From positions 67,998-131,997 of the forward strand of contig WKFN01000012.1 in assembly GCA_014872805.1 (NCBI GenBank): a stretch of 64,000 nt of DNA, in the 5' to 3' direction. A program made the translations under genes and the position numbers. The notes beneath the pieces were generated by a model. The model worked only from the letters and a program-made list of their open reading frames with translations. It was not told where the DNA came from and ran no database searches. Source of the DNA: Alteromonadaceae bacterium (lineage in GTDB: Bacteria; Pseudomonadota; Gammaproteobacteria; Enterobacterales; Alteromonadaceae). Of this stretch, positions 33,699 through 43,552 are shown in pieces (within the stretch, counting starts at the first letter, position 1; every line of letters starts with the position of its first letter).

Positions 33699-34544
33699 AT
33701 GAATATTTTAGAACAAATCACCCGACACTTTGACGCCTTTAGCAAAAGCGAAAAAAAAGTGGCTCAAGTCATTTTAGATAACCCAAAAAATGCCATTCAT
33801 TCATCTATTGCGACACTGGCAAATCTTGCCAATGTCAGCGAGCCTACAGTCAACCGTTTTTGTCGTAGACTCGATACTAAAGGCTTCCCCGATTTTAAAC
33901 TGCATCTAGCTCAAAGCCTCGCGAGCGGAACGCCTTATGTCAATCGCAACGTTGATGAAAATGATGGACCTGCTGAATATACGAACAAGATTTTTGAGTC
34001 AACCATGGCGGCTCTGGAAACCGCTCGTCAGTCGGTTGATGTCAATGCTATAAACCGGGTAGTAGACCTGTTAACACAAGCCAATAAGATTTCATTTTTT
34101 GGTCTTGGGGCTTCCGCATCTGTTGCACAAGATGCATTGAATAAATTTTTCCGTTTCAATGTCCCGGTCGTGTATTTCGAAGATATTGTCATGCAGCGCA
34201 TGTCGACGATGAACTCGACTGATGGCGATGTAGTGGTGTTGATTTCTCACACTGGGCGCACAAAATCATTAGTTGAGATTGCACAAATCGCACGAAGCAA
34301 TCACGCTGTTGTCGTAGGTATTACCGCAAAAGACTCCCCACTTGGCCGTGAATGTAATTACGTTCTTTCTTTGGATGTTGCCGAAGATACCGATATGTAT
34401 ATGCCCATGGCGTCTCGCATTGCGCAACTTACCTTAATTGATATCCTAGCCACTGGCTTTACTTTGAGACGAGGCAATCGATTCAGAGAAAATTTAAAAC
34501 GCGTGAAAGAATCACTGAAAGACTCTCGTTTTTCGATTAAATGA
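33699..34544 (+). CDS. hexR: RpiR-family central-carbon regulator HexR (HTH + SIS domains)
   Basis: N-terminal HTH (IATLANLANVSEPTVNRFCRRL) and a SIS domain (FFGLGASA). It is divergent from zwf and upstream of pykA, the same arrangement as E. coli yebK. Confidence 0.92.
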   Translation: MNILEQITRHFDAFSKSEKKVAQVILDNPKNAIHSSIATLANLANVSEPTVNRFCRRLDTKGFPDFKLHLAQSLASGTPYVNRNVDENDGPAEYTNKIFESTMAALETARQSVDVNAINRVVDLLTQANKISFFGLGASASVAQDALNKFFRFNVPVVYFEDIVMQRMSTMNSTDGDVVVLISHTGRTKSLVEIAQIARSNHAVVVGITAKDSPLGRECNYVLSLDVAEDTDMYMPMASRIAQLTLIDILATGFTLRRGNRFRENLKRVKESLKDSRFSIK

Positions 34545-34571
34545 TCAACAATTGTTCGAATGCGCACGGAT

Positions 34572-34586
34572 AGTAATAAAATTACG
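34572..34586. promoter_or_regulatory. HexR-type operator candidate (AGTAATAAAATTACG) upstream of pykA
   Basis: Inverted GTAAT-AAA-ATTAC core, 51 bp upstream of the stronger site at 34623. Confidence 0.5.
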
Positions 34587-34622
34587 TAAAAAAACCACAT
34601 TTTTAGTGAATATTCGAAAATC

Positions 34623-34637
34623 TGTAATATAATTACA
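34623..34637. promoter_or_regulatory. HexR-type operator candidate (perfect palindrome TGTAATATAATTACA) overlapping a TATAAT -10 for pykA
   Basis: A perfect 15-bp palindrome. The TATAAT at 34628-34633 sits in its centre, 54 nt upstream of the pykA ATG, which is a geometry typical of repression. Confidence 0.7.
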
Positions 34638-34690
34638 ATACATATATACTATTATTCGATATACACGACAGACACAACACGGACTCATAC

Positions 34691-36133
34691 ATGATATTAA
34701 ATCGTCGCACCAAAATTCTTGCTACTCTCGGCCCTGCCACTGATTCTCAAGAGATATTAGAAAAACTCATCGCTGCTGGCGCCAATGTCGTGCGCATGAA
34801 CTTTTCGCATGGCTCTGCTCAAGATCACATTGACCGAGCAGCACGGGTACGAGCTGCAGCCAAAAAGCTCAATAAGTACGTTGGTATTCTTGGAGATTTG
34901 CAAGGACCTAAAATTCGTGTAGCACGCTTCAAAGAGGGTCCTATCTATTTGAATATTGGCGATGCATTTGTACTTGATTCTAGTTTAGATAAAGATGCAG
35001 GTGATCAACACTCAGTGGGCATTGATTACAAAGACTTACCCAATGACGTAGTGCCAGGTGATGTGTTATTACTGGATGATGGACGAGTCCAATTAATTGT
35101 TGATCGAATTGATGGTAGCGCCATTTTCACAACTGTATCGGTTGCTGGAAAGTTGTCAAACAACAAAGGCATCAACAAACAAGGTGGTGGCCTTTCTGCG
35201 GCGGCGTTAACAGATAAAGACAAAGAAGACATCAAGACTGCGGCGCAAATTGGCGTTGATTATTTAGCCGTATCCTTCCCGCGATCTGGTGCGGATCTAG
35301 AATACGCAAGAGAACTTGCTCGTGCTGCAGGATGTAACGCACAAATTTGTGCCAAAGTTGAGCGTGCTGAAACCGTTGCGACGGACGAGGCCATTGATGA
35401 CATCATTCTTGCTTCCGATGCAGTGATGGTTGCGCGTGGTGATTTGGGTGTTGAAATCGGCGATGCCGAACTGGTTGGCGTACAAAAAAAACTGATCGCT
35501 CGCTCCAGACAATTAAACAAAATAGTGATCACCGCTACGCAAATGATGGAGTCCATGATTGAAGCGCCACTTCCGACTCGAGCCGAAGTGATGGACGTCG
35601 CCAATGCCGTGTTAGATGGTACCGATGCAGTCATGTTATCTGCTGAAACGGCCGCGGGCAAATTCCCAATCGAAACTGTTGAAGCCATGGCTCGCGTATG
35701 TATTGGCGCAGAAACGCACCCAAGCGTGAACGAATCTAAACACCGCATGGATGAAAAATTTGAATCCATATCAGAAACCGTAGCAATGGCTGCAGTTTAT
35801 GCTGCTAATCATCATTTTAATATCAAAGCCATTGTTGGCTTAACCGAGTCGGGTAACAGCACTAAGCTCATGTCTCGCATCACGACTAACCTACCAATTA
35901 TTGGTTTATCTCGTCACGCTACAACTCTTAATGCAATGGCATTGTACCGAGGCGTTAAACCTGTGTTTTTTGATTCGACGCAATCACGCCCTGGTCAAAT
36001 CACGCAAGATGTTGTGAATGCATTAAAGGCTTATGGTTATCTTGCTGAAGGAGATAAATTCATCTTCACTTATGGCGATACCATGGAAACCATCGGTGCC
36101 ACCAACACGTGCAAAATCGTCACTGTGAATTAA
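34691..36133 (+). CDS. pykA: Pyruvate kinase II
   Basis: Colinear with E. coli PykA ([38 protein letters not shown]...[27 protein letters not shown]). Confidence 0.96.
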   Translation: MILNRRTKILATLGPATDSQEILEKLIAAGANVVRMNFSHGSAQDHIDRAARVRAAAKKLNKYVGILGDLQGPKIRVARFKEGPIYLNIGDAFVLDSSLDKDAGDQHSVGIDYKDLPNDVVPGDVLLLDDGRVQLIVDRIDGSAIFTTVSVAGKLSNNKGINKQGGGLSAAALTDKDKEDIKTAAQIGVDYLAVSFPRSGADLEYARELARAAGCNAQICAKVERAETVATDEAIDDIILASDAVMVARGDLGVEIGDAELVGVQKKLIARSRQLNKIVITATQMMESMIEAPLPTRAEVMDVANAVLDGTDAVMLSAETAAGKFPIETVEAMARVCIGAETHPSVNESKHRMDEKFESISETVAMAAVYAANHHFNIKAIVGLTESGNSTKLMSRITTNLPIIGLSRHATTLNAMALYRGVKPVFFDSTQSRPGQITQDVVNALKAYGYLAEGDKFIFTYGDTMETIGATNTCKIVTVN

Positions 36134-36184
36134 CTACCACCTCGATATTAACAAATAATTAACATCTCCTTCATTATCCGTTAT

Positions 36185-36214
36185 GATGTCTCCTTACAAA
36201 AATAAGGAGACATC
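36185..36214 (+). promoter_or_regulatory. Perfect 12-bp hairpin sequestering the SD of the SDH-like gene
   Basis: GATGTCTCCTTA (36185-36196), loop CAAAAA, TAAGGAGACATC (36203-36214). The SD AAGGAG (36204-36209) lies in the 3' arm, and the ATG is at 36216. Confidence 0.6.
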
Positions 36215-36215
36215 A

Positions 36216-37388
36216 ATGGAAAAGCAATTCGACATAATTGTCTTTGGCGCCACTGGATACACTGGCCAATTAGTCTGTGAATACTTGCGTGACCACTACG
36301 CCAATAGTGAAGTTCAGTGGGCCATTGCTGGCCGTGACAAAGCGAAACTCACCCACACCAAATCCACTTTACACCTTGCTGAACACATCGACGTGCTGGT
36401 CGCTGACAGTCAAGATCCACAAGGTCTGCTGCCGCTGGTGACCAGTACCAAAGTCATCCTCACCACTGTAGGACCCTATCAGCTTTATGGGGATATACTC
36501 ATTCGTTTATGCGCTGAAATGGGTACTGATTATGTCGATCTATGTGGTGAACCAACTTGGATGCGCCAGCAAATTGATGCCCTTTCTCAAACTGCCAAAG
36601 AAAGTGGTGCTCGGATTGTCCATTCGTGCGGATTTGATTCAATCCCCTTTGATTTAGGGGTGTTCTTTTTACAAGATTTAGCATGGCAATATTTCAACAA
36701 GCCTATGCCTAGTGTCAAATGTCGTGTGCGCAAGATGAACGGCAAATTTAGTGGTGGCACTGCCGCTAGCCTTCAAGCAACCATGGCCGCAGCTATGCAA
36801 CAACCAGAGTTGCTCGGTTGGCTCAAAGATCCATTTAGTCTCGCGGGTGGTTTTGTTGGCCCAGATCAACCCAAAGGGAATGAGATTCATTTTGATGAGG
36901 CACTTAACTCTTGGGTCGCGCCGTTTATCATGGCCAGTATTAATACCAAAAACATACATCGCTCTAACGCCCTACTCGACCATTACTACGGCAAAGATTT
37001 TGTGTATGACGAAATGATTCTGACCGGTCCTGGTGAGCAAGGGGAAAAAATTGCCCACCATGTCGCCAACGATAAAAGTTTATCAGGCCCTGATGCCCCA
37101 AAACCGGGTGAAGGCCCGACTCAAGAAGAACGAGAAAATGGCTCTTATGATGTATTATTCGTCGGTACTCTGGGTGAGCATGAAGTGAAAGTCAGCGTTG
37201 GGGGGCACCTTGATCCTGGCTATGGATCGACTTCACGTATGCTGACTGAAGCGGCTTTATGTCTGGCTCATGACAATTTGGCTACGTTAGGAGGAGTATA
37301 TACACCTGCCCCTGCGATGGGAGAGGCTTTGATTAAACGCCTGATTGAACATGCTGGACTGTACTTTGAGGTTGAGGAGCGACATTAG
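36216..37388 (+). CDS. Saccharopine dehydrogenase-like NAD(P)-binding oxidoreductase (SCCPDH/trans-acting enoyl reductase-like)
   Basis: Rossmann motif IIVFGATGYTG at the N-terminus and ~390 aa architecture. The ATG at 36216 has AAGGAG 6 nt upstream. The two in-frame ATGs at 36183/36186 lack any SD. Confidence 0.78.
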   Translation: MEKQFDIIVFGATGYTGQLVCEYLRDHYANSEVQWAIAGRDKAKLTHTKSTLHLAEHIDVLVADSQDPQGLLPLVTSTKVILTTVGPYQLYGDILIRLCAEMGTDYVDLCGEPTWMRQQIDALSQTAKESGARIVHSCGFDSIPFDLGVFFLQDLAWQYFNKPMPSVKCRVRKMNGKFSGGTAASLQATMAAAMQQPELLGWLKDPFSLAGGFVGPDQPKGNEIHFDEALNSWVAPFIMASINTKNIHRSNALLDHYYGKDFVYDEMILTGPGEQGEKIAHHVANDKSLSGPDAPKPGEGPTQEERENGSYDVLFVGTLGEHEVKVSVGGHLDPGYGSTSRMLTEAALCLAHDNLATLGGVYTPAPAMGEALIKRLIEHAGLYFEVEERH

Positions 37389-37399
37389 ACTGATACTGA

Positions 37400-37420
37400 G
37401 CCGCAGCACCGAGCTGCGGC
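37400..37420. terminator. GC-rich hairpin between convergent genes (SDH-like / ydjA), without a U-tract
   Basis: GCCGCAGC (37400-37407), loop ACCGA, GCTGCGGC (37413-37420). There is no T-run on either strand, so its terminator function is uncertain. Confidence 0.45.
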
Positions 37421-37430
37421 ACTTATACGG

Positions 37431-37982
37431 TCACTCCCAATGGGTAAAGTAATCACCACTCTGTAAGGTTGGTTTGGGCATGGGTTTTAGATTGGATGTA
37501 CCAAGATATAAAAACCCGACGATTTCATCATCTTCACTGAGACCTAATGATTTTTTCATATAATTTGATTGAGCATAACTTCCAGTACGCCAAATCCCAG
37601 CAAAACCTTGGGCTTGAGCCGCCATTTGCATTGAATGCACAGCACAAGCCGTTGAGCATACCTGCTCCACCATTGGCACTTTGTCATGCTCCACATACTG
37701 GGTATAGGCAATAATGACCATAGGTGCACGTAATGGCAACTGAATGGCTCGAGCAATACTTTGCTCATCTTTATCTTCAGCAATCGCAGATTCTTGTAAC
37801 AAATCCCCTAATTTATTGAGCCCCCTGCCTGTGCAAACAATAAAACGCCACGGTTTAAGACCAACATGATCGGGTGCGCGCAATGCTGCTTGCTTAATAT
37901 TTTCTAACGCATCCCCTTCTGGTGCTGGAGCCGTGAGTTTAGGCTGTGAAACTCGGTTTAACAACAAATCTAAAGCATCCAT
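37431..37982 (-). CDS. ydjA: NAD(P)H nitroreductase YdjA
   Basis: The Met at 37982 gives 183 aa, identical in length to E. coli YdjA. Colinear blocks include MDALxLLxNR, RAPDHxxxxPWRF and GFLYLGT. Confidence 0.9.
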   Translation of the reverse strand: MDALDLLLNRVSQPKLTAPAPEGDALENIKQAALRAPDHVGLKPWRFIVCTGRGLNKLGDLLQESAIAEDKDEQSIARAIQLPLRAPMVIIAYTQYVEHDKVPMVEQVCSTACAVHSMQMAAQAQGFAGIWRTGSYAQSNYMKKSLGLSEDDEIVGFLYLGTSNLKPMPKPTLQSGDYFTHWE

Positions 37983-38038
37983 GAGTACCTCATTTGTATG
38001 AAAAAAAACAAGCAAAATGTACCCGTAAACAGACTAAA

Positions 38039-38107
38039 CACAAAGTGTTTTTGTAAAAAATTTGCACTTTGTGACCGATGCGTTACAAAAAATTACAAAT
38101 TTGCACT
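38039..38107. promoter_or_regulatory. Operator-like repeats in the ydjA/sppA divergent region
   Basis: A 9-bp inverted repeat, CACAAAGTG (38039-38047) and CACTTTGTG (38065-38073), with a 17-nt spacer. There is also an 11-bp direct repeat AAATTTGCACT at 38058-38068 and 38097-38107. Confidence 0.4.
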
Positions 38108-38169
38108 AGTAGATTTACCTTCGTCTCTCTAGGATGTAATTTGAGATAATATAAAAGGTGTATCTACGC

Positions 38170-40032
38170 ATGGCAGCAAACCAGTCATTTACCAAATTGT
38201 TGTTTGTCGGGATTTGGAATGTCCTCAACTTCTCGCGGAAGTTAGTATTTAATCTGATTTTTATTCTTCTGCTTATTTTCTTCATTATGGCGATTGCCAA
38301 CTCGGGTAAAGATGAGATCAAAGTCCCTCAGGGTGGCGCTTTGGTATTAAATTTATCTGGTAATTTGGTGATTCAAAAAACATCAGTCGATCCGTTTGAT
38401 GAGTTTGCCAATGAAGCCTTTGGTGGCAGCTCTGGTCCCAACGAAATTCTGGTTCGCGATGTCGTAAAAGCTATTGAAAACGCCAAAGAAGATCGCCGCA
38501 TCAGTGCGTTGCTGTTGGATTTTGATGGGTTACGTGGGGCAGGCTTGGATAAGCTTCGTGTTGTCGCGGCTGCTTTAGAGGATTTTAAAACCTCTGGCAA
38601 ACCAGTGATTGCACGCGGCGATATCTATGGCCAAGTACAGTATTACCTAGCCGCGCATGCAGACAAAATTTACCTGAATCCAGAAGGCGCGGTGTTATTC
38701 GACGGCTTAACGCGACAGCGTATGTACTACAAAGAAGCACTAGAAAAGCTCAAAATCAATACTCATGTTTTCAAAGTCGGAACGTATAAATCTGCCATTG
38801 AGCCGTATTTGCGCAACGATATGTCACCAGAGGCAAAAGAAGCGAATGAAGCTTGGATGGGTAGCTATTGGCAACAAATGAAAGAAGACATTGTCAATGC
38901 ACGCGGCATCGATATTGCCAGTTTTGATGAAACGGCTGCCGCTTTCATGACCAAATTTGAAGCCGCTAACGGTGACTTTGCCCAATATGCATTAGACAAT
39001 GGCTGGGTGGATGCACTCAAAACTCGTGAACAAATCCGAGCTGAAATGATTGACTTGGTTGGGAAAGATGACAAAGACAGTTCATTTAAGGGAATTTCAT
39101 TTGCGAGTTACATGCGCGTCATTGACTTCCCACTGCCACAAGAATTTACCAAAGACGGTATTGCCGTCGTTGTGGCTAAAGGCACAATATTAGATGGCAA
39201 TCAGCCCTCTGGTACCATCGGTGGTGAATCCACCGCACGTTTATTGCGCAAAGCACGTAACAATGAGAACGTCAAAGCAGTGGTCTTGCACGTCGATTCC
39301 CCAGGAGGCAGCGCCTTTGCTTCGGAGATCATTCGTCAAGAAGTGATTGAACTCAAAAATGCTGGCAAGCCAGTCGTTGCAGTCATGAGCACATATGCTG
39401 CATCAGGCGGTTACTGGATCTCGGCAAGCGCGGATAAAATCATCGCCTCTCCTGCAACCATCACCGGTTCAATTGGAATCTTTGGCATGCTAATGACTTA
39501 TGAAGATTCACTGGCGCATTTGGGCGTATATACCGATGGTGTTTCCACCACTGAGCTGGGCTTTTCATCGTTGTCTAAGACCCTACCTGAAAGCCTAGAG
39601 CAAATCATTCAACGCTCTATTGAACGCGGTTACGAGCAATTTATTACCCTCGTTGCTGACAACCGAAATATGACCCTTGAACAGGTTGATTCGATTGCGC
39701 AAGGTCGCGTTTGGATTGGTGAAACGGCTCTAGAGCTAGGTTTGGTTGATGCATTAGGTGGCTTGGAAGAAGGTATTGCCGCGGCGGCTGAATTAGCTGA
39801 GCTTAAGGATTACCAAGTCAAATACATTGAGCGTACTCTGTCCCCTAAAGAGCAGTTTATTCGTGAATTGTTGCAAAACGCCACGGTAAGACTGGTGCAA
39901 GCACAAATGATTGATTCAAATAGCCCACTTTTAGGCTTGTTTGGTCAAATCGCACGTGATATTTCAATCTTCTCTCGTTTAAACGATCCGAAAGCCACAT
40001 ATGCCATGTGTCTAGAGTGTGAACTCAAATAA
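38170..40032 (+). CDS. sppA: Signal peptide peptidase A (protease IV)
   Basis: 620 aa tandem S49 domains with the catalytic Ser block AASGGYW and the Lys block GTYKSAxEP. It is divergent from ydjA as in E. coli. ATG at 38170 is preferred to GTG at 38158. Confidence 0.93.
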   Translation: MAANQSFTKLLFVGIWNVLNFSRKLVFNLIFILLLIFFIMAIANSGKDEIKVPQGGALVLNLSGNLVIQKTSVDPFDEFANEAFGGSSGPNEILVRDVVKAIENAKEDRRISALLLDFDGLRGAGLDKLRVVAAALEDFKTSGKPVIARGDIYGQVQYYLAAHADKIYLNPEGAVLFDGLTRQRMYYKEALEKLKINTHVFKVGTYKSAIEPYLRNDMSPEAKEANEAWMGSYWQQMKEDIVNARGIDIASFDETAAAFMTKFEAANGDFAQYALDNGWVDALKTREQIRAEMIDLVGKDDKDSSFKGISFASYMRVIDFPLPQEFTKDGIAVVVAKGTILDGNQPSGTIGGESTARLLRKARNNENVKAVVLHVDSPGGSAFASEIIRQEVIELKNAGKPVVAVMSTYAASGGYWISASADKIIASPATITGSIGIFGMLMTYEDSLAHLGVYTDGVSTTELGFSSLSKTLPESLEQIIQRSIERGYEQFITLVADNRNMTLEQVDSIAQGRVWIGETALELGLVDALGGLEEGIAAAAELAELKDYQVKYIERTLSPKEQFIRELLQNATVRLVQAQMIDSNSPLLGLFGQIARDISIFSRLNDPKATYAMCLECELK

Positions 40033-40054
40033 CATAAAAGGCGTTTTGATAGCA

Positions 40055-40082
40055 AAAGCCCAGCATAGGTTGGGCTTTTTTG
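40055..40082 (+). terminator. Terminator after sppA (partly bidirectional toward yfbV)
   Basis: AAAGCCCA (40055-40062) pairs with TGGGCTTT (40071-40078) across an 8-nt loop, with a T-run to 40081. A short A-run lies upstream. Confidence 0.8.
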
Positions 40083-40108
40083 TGGGTAAGTCTGAATGGA
40101 TTTTTATA

Positions 40109-40555
40109 TCAAAACCAACGCTCAGTAAATGATTTGTCTAGACTTTCAAACGCGGTTTTGAGGGTTTTTGCTAACTCTTTATATCTTGGCGGTTGTTTAG
40201 GTTGAGCGATGGTGACACCAGCTTGGCGCATTTTGGCCACAATCTCCCCGTGCCAAGCTCGCATGGCTGGCGGCAGTGGTTGATTGGCACGATGACCCAG
40301 CCACAGTTGTCCCTGTAAAGGCAGACTGAAAAACAACCCTGCCATGGCCAGCGCTTGTGGCAAATAACTCATACCGTGATTATTCACCAATAGCACAAAC
40401 GAAAAAATGCCTAATCCGGGTAATACTTTATAACCGAACTGCGTCGCACTGATGACGCGACACTCGGGAAAGATCGCAAATAACTCTTTGCGCATGGGCC
40501 AAGTTTTCATGTATTGATGGCCATCTTTTACCATAGCGGCAAGGGATACTGACAT
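40109..40555 (-). CDS. yfbV: UPF0208 inner-membrane protein YfbV
   Basis: Colinear with E. coli YfbV (GxxYxKTWP, LPxQGxxWLGxR...PLPPA, ALAxTLKxAFxxLDKxF). The Met at 40555 has GAGG 6 nt upstream. Confidence 0.8.
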   Translation of the reverse strand: MSVSLAAMVKDGHQYMKTWPMRKELFAIFPECRVISATQFGYKVLPGLGIFSFVLLVNNHGMSYLPQALAMAGLFFSLPLQGQLWLGHRANQPLPPAMRAWHGEIVAKMRQAGVTIAQPKQPPRYKELAKTLKTAFESLDKSFTERWF

Positions 40556-40646
40556 GTGATACCTCAATTGTGGTTAGCAATTAAGCAAATTCTACTAAAA
40601 AAATTCAATTACGTTAATATACGCGGAATATTTATGCGAAGTTCGA

Positions 40647-41690
<1,044 letters not shown>

Positions 41691-41697
41691 ACCAACT

Positions 41698-41722
41698 AAG
41701 GCAGCACTTCGCTGCCTTTTTT
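41698..41722 (+). terminator. Terminator-like hairpin after trxB, abutting the aat start codon
   Basis: AAGGCAGC (41698-41705), loop ACTTC, GCTGCCTT (41711-41718), with a T-run to 41722. The aat ATG is at 41726. Confidence 0.75.
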
Positions 41723-41725
41723 ATT

Positions 41726-42487
41726 ATGATTGAACTCCCTTTATTAACACCGCATGATATTGCCTTTCCTGATATTGAGCTTGCCTTAGAGGAACCCAAT
41801 GGTTTACTGGCCTTTGGTGGTGATTTGTCCTGTGCCCGTTTGCGCAATGCCTATCGTTTAGGGATTTTTCCTTGGTATAGCAAAGGCGAGCCTATTTTGT
41901 GGTGGTCACCAGATCCACGAGCCATCATCACGTACGAGCGTTTTCACATCAGTAAATCTTTGCGCAAGTGGCTAAACAAACACTCATATAGAGTGACCGT
42001 TAATAACGCTTTTGACGAGGTCATTAGGGCCTGTAGCAGTATCCCGCGCAGGCCTATCAAACACGAGGATGGCACTGAATCAACCAATGGTGTTTGGATC
42101 AATGCCAATATGGTATCAGCATACAAAGCGTTGCATCGAGATGGTGCAGCACATTCCATTGAAGTCTGGGACGACAATCAGCTAGTCGGCGGCTTATATG
42201 GTGTCTGTATTGGTAATGTATTTTGTGGAGAATCGATGTTTCACAAACGCACAAATGCGTCTAAACTTGCTTTTGTGACTTTAGTTCAGTATTGTCAAAC
42301 ACAGGGGATCCACTTTATCGACTGCCAACTCGAAAATCCATATTTACAAAGCTTTGGCTGCTACACAATTCCGCGCGATGAATTTCAGCTACGACTGCAA
42401 CATGCTTATGCAACGCCCTACTCTGAGGATATTTGGCAGCCTCGTGAGTTAGCCCCTGTCTCCCTAACCTATTGGAATGTATCATGA
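41726..42487 (+). CDS. aat: Leucyl/phenylalanyl-tRNA--protein transferase
   Basis: Colinear with E. coli Aat from residue 1 (IAFPxxExALxEPNGLLAxGGDL, GIFPWxS, WWSPDPR, FCGESMF). Confidence 0.93.
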   Translation: MIELPLLTPHDIAFPDIELALEEPNGLLAFGGDLSCARLRNAYRLGIFPWYSKGEPILWWSPDPRAIITYERFHISKSLRKWLNKHSYRVTVNNAFDEVIRACSSIPRRPIKHEDGTESTNGVWINANMVSAYKALHRDGAAHSIEVWDDNQLVGGLYGVCIGNVFCGESMFHKRTNASKLAFVTLVQYCQTQGIHFIDCQLENPYLQSFGCYTIPRDEFQLRLQHAYATPYSEDIWQPRELAPVSLTYWNVS

Positions 42488-43185
42488 AGTTTGGCCTCAC
42501 GTCACATTTCCCTTGTAGTTACCTCGCCGACAGGGAAGAGCGCCTATTGGTGCATGTGGGCGAAGCTCAAGAAGGCATGGTTTATGATAAGCTTATACAA
42601 GCTGGCTTTCGCCGCAGTGGCGAGCAAATCTATCGCCCGCACTGTGCTCGATGTAATGAGTGTAAAGCCATCAGAATTAATCTTGCCAAATACACTCCTT
42701 CGCGCAGCCAAAAAAGGCTCATTAACAAAAATAAAGACTTAAATATGTTCTGGCGTGCCAGTGAAGACATCAACCTAACGGATTATTTCCCACTCTATGC
42801 CGATTATATTAGCGAGAGACATCGTGATGGCAGTATGTTTCCTCCTGATTTGAACAGCTTCTTAACATTCAATCAATGCGCGTGGCGCCAGCCTTACTTT
42901 TTGGAGGCGTGGTTGGATAATCGTCTAGTGGCTGTCGCGATCACGGACAAAGTGGCAAACGGATTATCCGCATTTTATACGTTTTTTGCTCCTGACTTAG
43001 ATAAACGCTCTTTGGGTGGTTATATGATTTTGGCACAAATTAACCAAGCGCTACAGCTCGGATTACCGTATTTATATTTGGGTTATTACATCAACCAATG
43101 CGACAAAATGAATTACAAAACACAATACTCAGGCTATGAGTGGTTTAATGGTGAATATTGGTCTGATGAATCTCTCACGCGCTAA
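42484..43185 (+). CDS. bpt: Arginyl/leucyl-tRNA--protein transferase (bacterial Ate1 homologue Bpt)
   Basis: CSYLxxR...GFRRSG...YRPxCxxCxxC N-terminal ATE_N pattern plus a C-terminal GNAT-like part. The ATG at 42484 overlaps the aat stop (ATGA). Confidence 0.88.
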   Translation: MKFGLTSHFPCSYLADREERLLVHVGEAQEGMVYDKLIQAGFRRSGEQIYRPHCARCNECKAIRINLAKYTPSRSQKRLINKNKDLNMFWRASEDINLTDYFPLYADYISERHRDGSMFPPDLNSFLTFNQCAWRQPYFLEAWLDNRLVAVAITDKVANGLSAFYTFFAPDLDKRSLGGYMILAQINQALQLGLPYLYLGYYINQCDKMNYKTQYSGYEWFNGEYWSDESLTR

Positions 43186-43271
43186 ATTAACAAAAGTATT
43201 ACTTTACATATGAGTGAGTTTTCTGTATCTTCTGCGCGTTATTTTTGAGCAAATAAAGGTTTCTAAACTAG

Positions 43272-43490
<219 letters not shown>

Positions 43491-43524
43491 TTGCAAACAC
43501 CTTAGTTGCAAACATATTGATTCC

Positions 43525-43552
43525 AAAAAAAGAGGCTTAAGCCTCTTTTTTA
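43525..43552. terminator. Bidirectional terminator shared by infA and clpA
   Basis: AAAAAA-AGAGGC-TTAA-GCCTCT-TTTTTT (stem 43531-43536 / 43541-43546). The T-run overlaps the clpA stop codon at 43550-43552. Confidence 0.85.

Noticed and set aside
35260-35769. 169-aa antisense ORF inside pykA, with similar ORFs at 59493-59918 (antisense to ratA), 61879-62280 (antisense to metY) and 22445-22822 (same strand as glgB, alternative frame)
   Set aside because: They lie entirely within strongly supported conserved genes. They have low-complexity or Ser/Ala/Cys-rich composition typical of shadow frames, and they lack SD sequences.
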